Below are positions 44,513 to 50,658 of a stretch of 50,658 nt of DNA, in pieces. This DNA comes from an uncultured Nitrososphaerales archaeon (lineage in GTDB: Archaea > Thermoproteota > Nitrososphaeria > Nitrososphaerales > Nitrososphaeraceae), in contig CAVPXM010000070.1 in the NCBI GenBank assembly GCA_963709405.1, positions 1-50,658 on the forward strand. The letters run 5' to 3'. Both the position numbers and the translations under genes were made by a program. Position 1 is the first letter of the stretch. Each line of letters starts with the position of its first letter. A model generated the notes under the pieces. The model worked only from the letters and a program-made list of their open reading frames with translations. It did not search any database and was not told the origin of the DNA.

Positions 44513-44879
44513 TCACGTCGTCTTGACATCCCTTGACAATGACCAACTAAGTATTATCCTTATTGCTACTATAACAGCAAGCGAAATAAGTTCATTATTC
44601 GTTGGAGTAAGTATCGTTTTTATAATGTCACTACCTACTTCAAGGTCTAGGGCAAGAATCAGTGCATTTCCTACAAAGCGCTTTATGCCTTCCTCTTCTT
44701 TTGTTTGCTCGAGCGGAGATCTTCGTAATAGCTTTAGTACATAATAAATCCGCGTGTAATGGATATTGCTATAACGACACCTAAGCGACGTCTATCGCAA
44801 GTGTGAGAGACTCTAAAAAATGTCTGATAAAGTCTTCAAGAGGTATGGCAGGAAGTTGGGATTGTTGTTCAAGTACCAT
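44513..44879 (-). pseudogene. DUF1622 membrane protein, frameshifted
   Basis: Minus strand: FVGNALILALDLEVGSDIIKTILTPT..ELISLAVIVAIRIILSWSL; N-terminal part in other frames. Confidence 0.8.
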
Positions 44880-45734
44880 TATTATATTTTCGACTAAGTA
44901 AGTGAAACTATAATAACCATACGACAAGTGCTTTTCTTATCAACTTACCATACACAATTACAAATAACGTTCATTCTGGTAGCGTCAACAAAGATGTGGT
45001 GTGAATGGCTGTCAAATGATGCTTACTAAATTTAGATCGTGACCGTAACAATGTACCTAGATAAATAGAATCTGATTTTGTTTTTCTCAATTAAGAGGAC
45101 GATAAAAAATACCTCAGCGTCTACTTTATAAGGTTATGTTCGCAAGTATGAATGCAAACACAAACGCATTTGTATAAATGAATGGAAAATAATTTCTTAA
45201 TTGGTCATCCCTACAATGACACAGACAATGAAAAACTACTTTTCAGCCTCAAATGAATATATAGATTAGATCACAATAATGAAAAATGCTGCCTAGATAT
45301 TTTCTCGCTAGAATGCAAGTCGTTTCACAGGACACATGTAGAGACTCAAATTGGGAGAGAGGAAAGACCATTCCATGTCCTTCTTCATAACAGTCAAGGA
45401 AGTGACGTTGTCATAAAAATTCATGCTCGATCTCAAACCTTAAGCGTTCGAATCATAATCAATACAATTATTATCCAGAAAATATTGACTAGAGTGGGTG
45501 TGGATGTGGAATCTTATTGTAACGGCAAGCAACATGAAGTGGAATTGGTTTCATCAAACAGCATTTTGAATAGCTTGCAGTGGATTGTTAATATTCATTT
45601 CATAATATCCATCCCCATCAGTAATAATTATGTAGATAGCAAAACGTTTTTTGGGAATGCCAACAACAAAAATCGTTTGGTGACTGTATCAATAGGATTA
45701 TATCATTTGACAGCTTACCTCTGTGAACTAATTA

Positions 45735-46220
45735 ATGAAAAGGTTTTTCTTGATGGAAATGCAAAAGGATGTGGGTAAAAAAATACATTTGTCGTCAGCA
45801 ATAGATAATGATCAGAATAATACCGTTGATAACGAGAGTCATAATGTTGATGCTTTGCAAACATTTTCTAAAACCTGTTCTTTGATGTATGGCAAGATAA
45901 ATAAAAAGCAGTTCGAATATCTACAAGCCATCACAAGCCTGCAGGAAGACATGCTAGGCTCTTGTAATGGTTTGGTGAAAAATCAGGTAGATTTGATTGA
46001 AGAGTATTCTAAACATGGGATAGTCACCAAAGAACAAATTATACCAGTAATCGAAGCAGCGAATAAAATTGTTGAATCATATTTGAACTATTTGTCATTT
46101 GAATATGATTTGGTATTAGCACGAATAGGGCTTCATCATAAAATACTTACCATGATTAATGATTCCTCACCCAAATTAACTCAGTTATATATGGAATGGC
46201 TAAAGTTATTTAAGATATAG
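45735..46220 (+). CDS. All-helical hypothetical protein, possibly phasin-like
   Basis: Amphipathic helices YLQAITSLQEDML..LVKNQVDLIEEY..; start uncertain. Confidence 0.6.
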   Translation: MKRFFLMEMQKDVGKKIHLSSAIDNDQNNTVDNESHNVDALQTFSKTCSLMYGKINKKQFEYLQAITSLQEDMLGSCNGLVKNQVDLIEEYSKHGIVTKEQIIPVIEAANKIVESYLNYLSFEYDLVLARIGLHHKILTMINDSSPKLTQLYMEWLKLFKI

Positions 46221-46339
46221 AAAAACAAGAGCATCGACTACATGTCACTAGTAAAAGATCTTCTTTGTATAAATCACAAGGGATTTTTATTAAATTACAA
46301 TGGTAAGTTATTAAAAAGATACTGCGAGCCATGACAAAA

Positions 46340-46800
46340 TTACTAACATGCTGTGAAGACGGCGGACTACAATAGGAACCATCATTACTACAATAGGTTT
46401 TTTTGTCCTTTTCATGTTTCATTCAACGGAGGCTTCGATAGCTGCAGTTCTTGTCTTAGTAGCTGTTGGATTAGCATTAATGCAGATCGGTTCAGTGAAT
46501 GTTGTGCTTACTTCGACTCCGAAGCAATTCAGTGGAATATCATTGGGAATGAATCTTCTAATATATCTTATGGGATCCTCAGTGGGACCTGTGATTGCAG
46601 GAATATATATGCAAGCAAACCAGGTATTTGTAGAATCAGATACACATGGCATTCCAGCCTCATTCCCATCTCCAGAATCATATAATCTAATCTTTCTTAC
46701 GGCTCGCCTTAATTTCAGTGTCATCTATCGCAGTTGCAATTCTTCTAAATAGAAGTATGTCGAACTGGAGTGGAGGTATTAAGGAAATTGGGGTCCCAGA
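46340..46800 (+). pseudogene. MFS transporter C-terminal fragment
   Basis: TM helices LVLVAVGLALM, STPKQFSGISLGMN, GSSVGPVIAG, PSPESYNLIFLTA; N-terminal two-thirds absent. Confidence 0.8.
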
Positions 46801-47854
46801 TTAACGAAGACTCTAAAAGATGATTTGCATCGTAATATTAACAAGAAACATTATATCTCGCATGGGAATCCTACATGTCGTGTAAGTCTTCAATACTCTA
46901 GCTAGATAGCCATATGCCAGTCTATCTGAGAGGTTTTTGATTTTGACTGATTTTATGGTTTATGGGGATTCGTGCCCTCTCTTTTATAGAACCGTAGCAA
47001 GATGATACCGATATCCTATTTACTTATTGGCGCTCCACTGCTTGTCTATTCCAGTTGGCACATGTTGCGGCTGCCTCATAAGTACTTTTGTAGAAAAGAT
47101 AGTAAGACATCATCAGGTGATTATTATTATTATCGGATGATACAATTGAAATTCGTACTCTTGTCATAATTTACGCATCCGTTAATTTTCCCACTCCATT
47201 CGAGAAAACAGCATTTGATGATAAGGCTGCCTGCCCTATCGCATAGGTTAGAATAAGATAACTATGATTCGATTTAAACCACCGGCCAGAAACCAGAATA
47301 AACATCAGACAAGTTATCCACAACAAAAGCACTCAAATATCAAGGCCAGAGACTAGTTGAGTAAATCGAACAACTGTAAGATGAGTAGAGATGATGGCTG
47401 GACAGCATCTAATACTGACTCGATCAGTATGGGTTCAAAGGCAGTTTCTTTGTTCCTTGTGACATGATAGAGAAAGACTCTCGTATTAATTCGATAGATA
47501 TAGAAACATTGTACAATGAAGGACATGATACAGGCCAAAAGCGATAAAAACCTAATTGATCTATCATCTGATAATTTGGATTTTGAAGTTAGTCAACCAA
47601 AGAAATGTTTGTCAGAACATGGAATTGATCTATCACTATTACTGCCTTTGCAGTTCGTCACGGAAATGCAGTATTACATTCTACTGTAATAAACACCATT
47701 GCAAAATACTATGATATGACAATTAATGAAATCCAGCCATTGGTTGGGTAATTTTTTCTGTTGTGTCTATCTTTGGAGCCGCTACGCAGCGATTTCTAAT
47801 TCTGATAATGGTTATTTTTCATTTAGCATCAATGTGCGTTTGTCTTCATATTTA

Positions 47855-48091
47855 TTATATTTCCTTGATGATAAACACAGCTCGCTGATAGAAGGATTGA
47901 CTTTGTTCTGGCTTATACCAGAACTCAATCCATTCGAATTTGCATATTTGACACTTTGCCTTTTGAACGCAGTTGTAATTATTAATCAGGATTCTCTGAA
48001 AAGATATGAAATTATGCGAGCCACAATTGGAGCAAGGAAAAATAATTGCTGCTTTATACTTTTTACCATGATCTATCGAGCTAACACTCAT
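47855..48091 (-). CDS. Small zinc-ribbon protein
   Basis: FPCSNCGSHN..AKCQICKFEW-E. Confidence 0.6.
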   Translation of the reverse strand: MSVSSIDHGKKYKAAIIFPCSNCGSHNFISFQRILINNYNCVQKAKCQICKFEWIEFWYKPEQSQSFYQRAVFIIKEI

Positions 48092-48136
48092 TTACTTCAT
48101 CTCCTTTGATAAGACGCAAGTTTATTGTCAATCACC

Positions 48137-48174
48137 GAATACTCATCAAGGAATGGAATACTCATCAAGGAATG
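48137..48174. repeat. Perfect 19-bp tandem duplication
   Basis: GAATACTCATCAAGGAATG x2. Confidence 0.95.
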
Positions 48175-48729
48175 ATTTGTTGTAAGGTTTATCTGCATTC
48201 GGAGTTATTTTGTGACATCTTAAATCAGATATTTGTTCTATAATTAGTATAGTCTATTTAATATTATTTTTTTACGATGCAAGCAAATCACTTAAGAGTT
48301 GATGGCAATTACAAATAAGTAAATTGCAGAATATTATTACGCACAGTAAAATTTGCCTATACAATAGATCATTATTACCTAAGCAATGGATATCTGATGA
48401 GAATCAACACTGCTAAAATATACAGTGTGGAAATTGCTAGTTCTAAGGATGGTAGTTTAAAGGTCTTTCCTCATCATATTTTTAAATTTGGATATTATTA
48501 TTATTATGATGCATGTGGTTAAATACTACCTTATAATTGCGTAGCTTAAACCTTTATTATTAAATTATTGTAAAAGGAGTATCAATAAGAAAAACCATAT
48601 ACCATGATATTATTCGTACCTTGACATTTTTCTTACTAATTAACCACTTTGTTGTCTCTAATAATATTATCTTTTGATGAACCTTCTTCAACTACAATTG
48701 CCTGATTATTATCTTTCCTATAGTTATAA

Positions 48730-48762
48730 TTATTATCTGTTCCAAGTTCTTGGGTATTACCT
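48730..48762 (-). mobile_element. Solo IS1595-type left end
   Basis: TTATTATCTGTTCCAAGTTCTTGGGTATTACCT identical to 50623-50655; no transposase sequence follows it. Confidence 0.8.
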
Positions 48763-48778
48763 AATAATTTTAAATTAA

Positions 48779-49750
48779 GAGCCTATCCCAAAATTCGATA
48801 CGATTATAGCTCGATGTTGCTTTTGCTAAAGTATGGCCTGTATCCAGAAGAAGAAGGAGAAAGAGGATGATAAAAAGGATAATCGCACCATCATAGCCAT
48901 TCCAGATGAATTGTGGGACGAGATTAAAGTAATTTTACCCAGAGAGAAACCACTCAAAACAGTGGGTCGGCCAATTGTACCATACAGAAGGGTACTTGAT
49001 GGAGTTTTATACATCCTTAGAACTGGCTGTCAATGGAAGATGCTACCCAAAGAGTATGGATCGGGTTCCACATGCCATAGAAGGTTTCAGGAATGGAATA
49101 AACTGGATGTTTTCAAAAAGACATGGGTTCGATTACTGAAAATATATGATCAAATCATTGGTATCAACTGGACATGGCAATCAATCGATAGTATATCCAT
49201 AAAATCGCCTTTAGGGGGGCGATGACCGGAAATAATCCCACGGACAGGAGCAAACTGGGCACAAAAAGACACATTTTAACAGACAAAGAAGGTATACCGC
49301 TTTCGGCGGTCATTTCATCTGCTAGTACCCATGACATTAAACTGGTAATAGATATGGTTGATAATTCAGTTATTAAAAGGCCGTCATCATCATCCAAACC
49401 CAAATCGAGAAGAAAGGGAAGAAGGAGAAGGTTACAACATCTATGTCTTGACAAAGCATATAATTCCACACAAGAAGAACAGGAACTAATCAGGCGGGGA
49501 TATGTACTGCACATTAGTCCCAAAAGAAAGAGGGGTGAAAAAGAGGAGGAGGTCAAGACTGAAACGCAACCTTCCTTAAACCGGAAAAAACATTCTGCAA
49601 AAAGATGGGTTGTGGAAAGGACAAACTCATGGCACAACAGGTTCAGAAAACTGTTCACACGGTATGAAAAGAAGGCAGAGAACTACCTTGGACTGGTACA
49701 GTTCTCCTGTTTTATGATCATCTGTAGAAAGATATTTTTGGGATAGGTTC
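48779..49750 (+). mobile_element. Complete IS5-family insertion sequence (972 bp)
   Basis: IRs GAGCCTATCCCAAAA / TTTTGGGATAGGTTC; flanked by TAA on both sides (48776-78, 49751-53). Confidence 0.93.
48833..49746 (+). CDS. IS5 transposase in two overlapping ORFs (48833..49225, 49222..49746), probable -1 frameshift at G6
   Basis: IPDELW, ILRTGCQWKMLP..STCHRRFQEW, SIDS, PTDRSKLGTKRH, LDKAY, RWVVERTNSW..RFRKL-TRYE. Confidence 0.93.
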
Positions 49751-49838
49751 TAAATATAAGAAAATTAACCAAGTGTATATAAGCTAAAAATGAATTGAGG
49801 ATACAAAGACTTTTAAAATAGATATCTTCCAATAAAAG

Positions 49839-50168
49839 ATGGAAAAAATGCAGCATCGTTATATTTTGCAATTTAGTATAATGATGCTAGCTCTCATTAT
49901 AATAACTACAAATCAGGTCAAAGCTCAACAAGGTCAGGACTCGCATGGACTAACTCCAGAACAAGTAAAGCAATTCTGTAGACCAGACAATCCTAGGCTC
50001 AACTTCGTCAATAGTACGGAATCTGAAATTTGTGGATTGCCAAAAAGCACTCCGTCAACCCCAGCATTAAACTCTTCTGGATCGTCATCAGGGCCGTCAT
50101 CCTCGTTATTCCCGTCATCCTCGTCATCAGGGCCGTCATCAGGATCAATAACGCCACAAGCTCCCTAA
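49839..50168 (+). CDS. Small secreted protein with Ser/Pro/Gly-rich tail
   Basis: Signal peptide (ILQFSIMMLALIII..VKA-QQ), two Cys, SSSGPSS repeats encoded by TCGTCATCAGGGCCGTCATC x2. Confidence 0.75.
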   Translation: MEKMQHRYILQFSIMMLALIIITTNQVKAQQGQDSHGLTPEQVKQFCRPDNPRLNFVNSTESEICGLPKSTPSTPALNSSGSSSGPSSSLFPSSSSSGPSSGSITPQAP

Positions 50169-50369
50169 TACTAAAATTAAATCCTATTATTTACAGTTAC
50201 TATTCTATTAATTGCATCTAATACTGATTTATCATTATCAACATCTAATTGAATAGCCTGTAATGGCAGACTCTCATTTTTAGCTAAGAACCCATCCGAA
50301 AAGTAGAGTTTTATTGAGTTATAAGCAAACTGTGTTTGAATCGATAAAGCTAGACTGTACTACACTTTC

Positions 50370-50655
50370 TTTTGAGCTGTATTGGGAAATAAAACTCTCC
50401 AAGATAAGTTCCTGTCAACTCTCCAAATTTGTATCTGCAACGTTTGCATCCAAACCTCTTATCTTTAAGATGGTACAACAATCGATATCCACATCTTGGA
50501 CATCGTCTCCTTCTTTCCATCTAGCATGACGCAAATATACGCGGCTTTTTGTCACACTTCCAGCGAGTTCTATAGGACTAGATTCACGCACGCATCACGA
50601 ATAGGGCACTAGAAATTATCCCTTATTATCTGTTCCAAGTTCTTGGGTATTACCT
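50370..50655 (-). mobile_element. IS1595-family left end plus transposase N-terminal zinc-ribbon relic
   Basis: GGTAATACCCAAGAACTTGGAACAGAT followed on the minus strand by RHARWKEG/RRCPRCGYRLLYHLKDKRFGCKRCRYKFGELTGT. Confidence 0.85.
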
Positions 50656-50658
50656 TAT

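Noticed and set aside
44478-44744. 88-aa plus-strand ORF
   Set aside because: Antisense to the DUF1622 pseudogene
48137-48174. Possible CRISPR repeat
   Set aside because: Two adjacent copies with no spacer and no cas genes; a simple tandem duplication
48371-48398. Possible partner IR making 48371-48762 a MITE
   Set aside because: Only TACCTAAG matches; needs several gaps and no target duplication is seen

Overview
AT-rich archaeal DNA, most consistent with a soil ammonia-oxidising archaeon (Nitrososphaeraceae). The taxon call is inferred from archaeal Cdc48, a stand-alone TRAM protein, TATA boxes ~30 nt before start codons and recalled thaumarchaeal-type families. The window is a decaying accessory region. 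It holds IS3, IS481 and IS1595 relics, one apparently intact IS5, many frameshifted or truncated genes and scattered intact genes (GT4, DUF72, GH130, USP, cdc48, CBS, patatin, TRAM, four methyltransferases). Several zinc-finger or RHH microproteins under 60 aa are missed by the ORF track. The standout is a candidate vitamin-B12-dependent light-response locus at 35.6-43.2 kb. It encodes a CarH/LitR-type photoreceptor (Wx9EH plus a cobalamin-binding Rossmann domain) with a non-MerR, transposase-like N-terminus. Neighbours are a YbjT-like SDR fused to membrane helices, a His-containing membrane protein, two small genes whose promoters share an identical 14-bp box at identical spacing, uvsE and a lipid-type methyltransferase. 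No rRNA, convincing tRNA or CRISPR array was seen. All family calls come from motif recognition without database searches.
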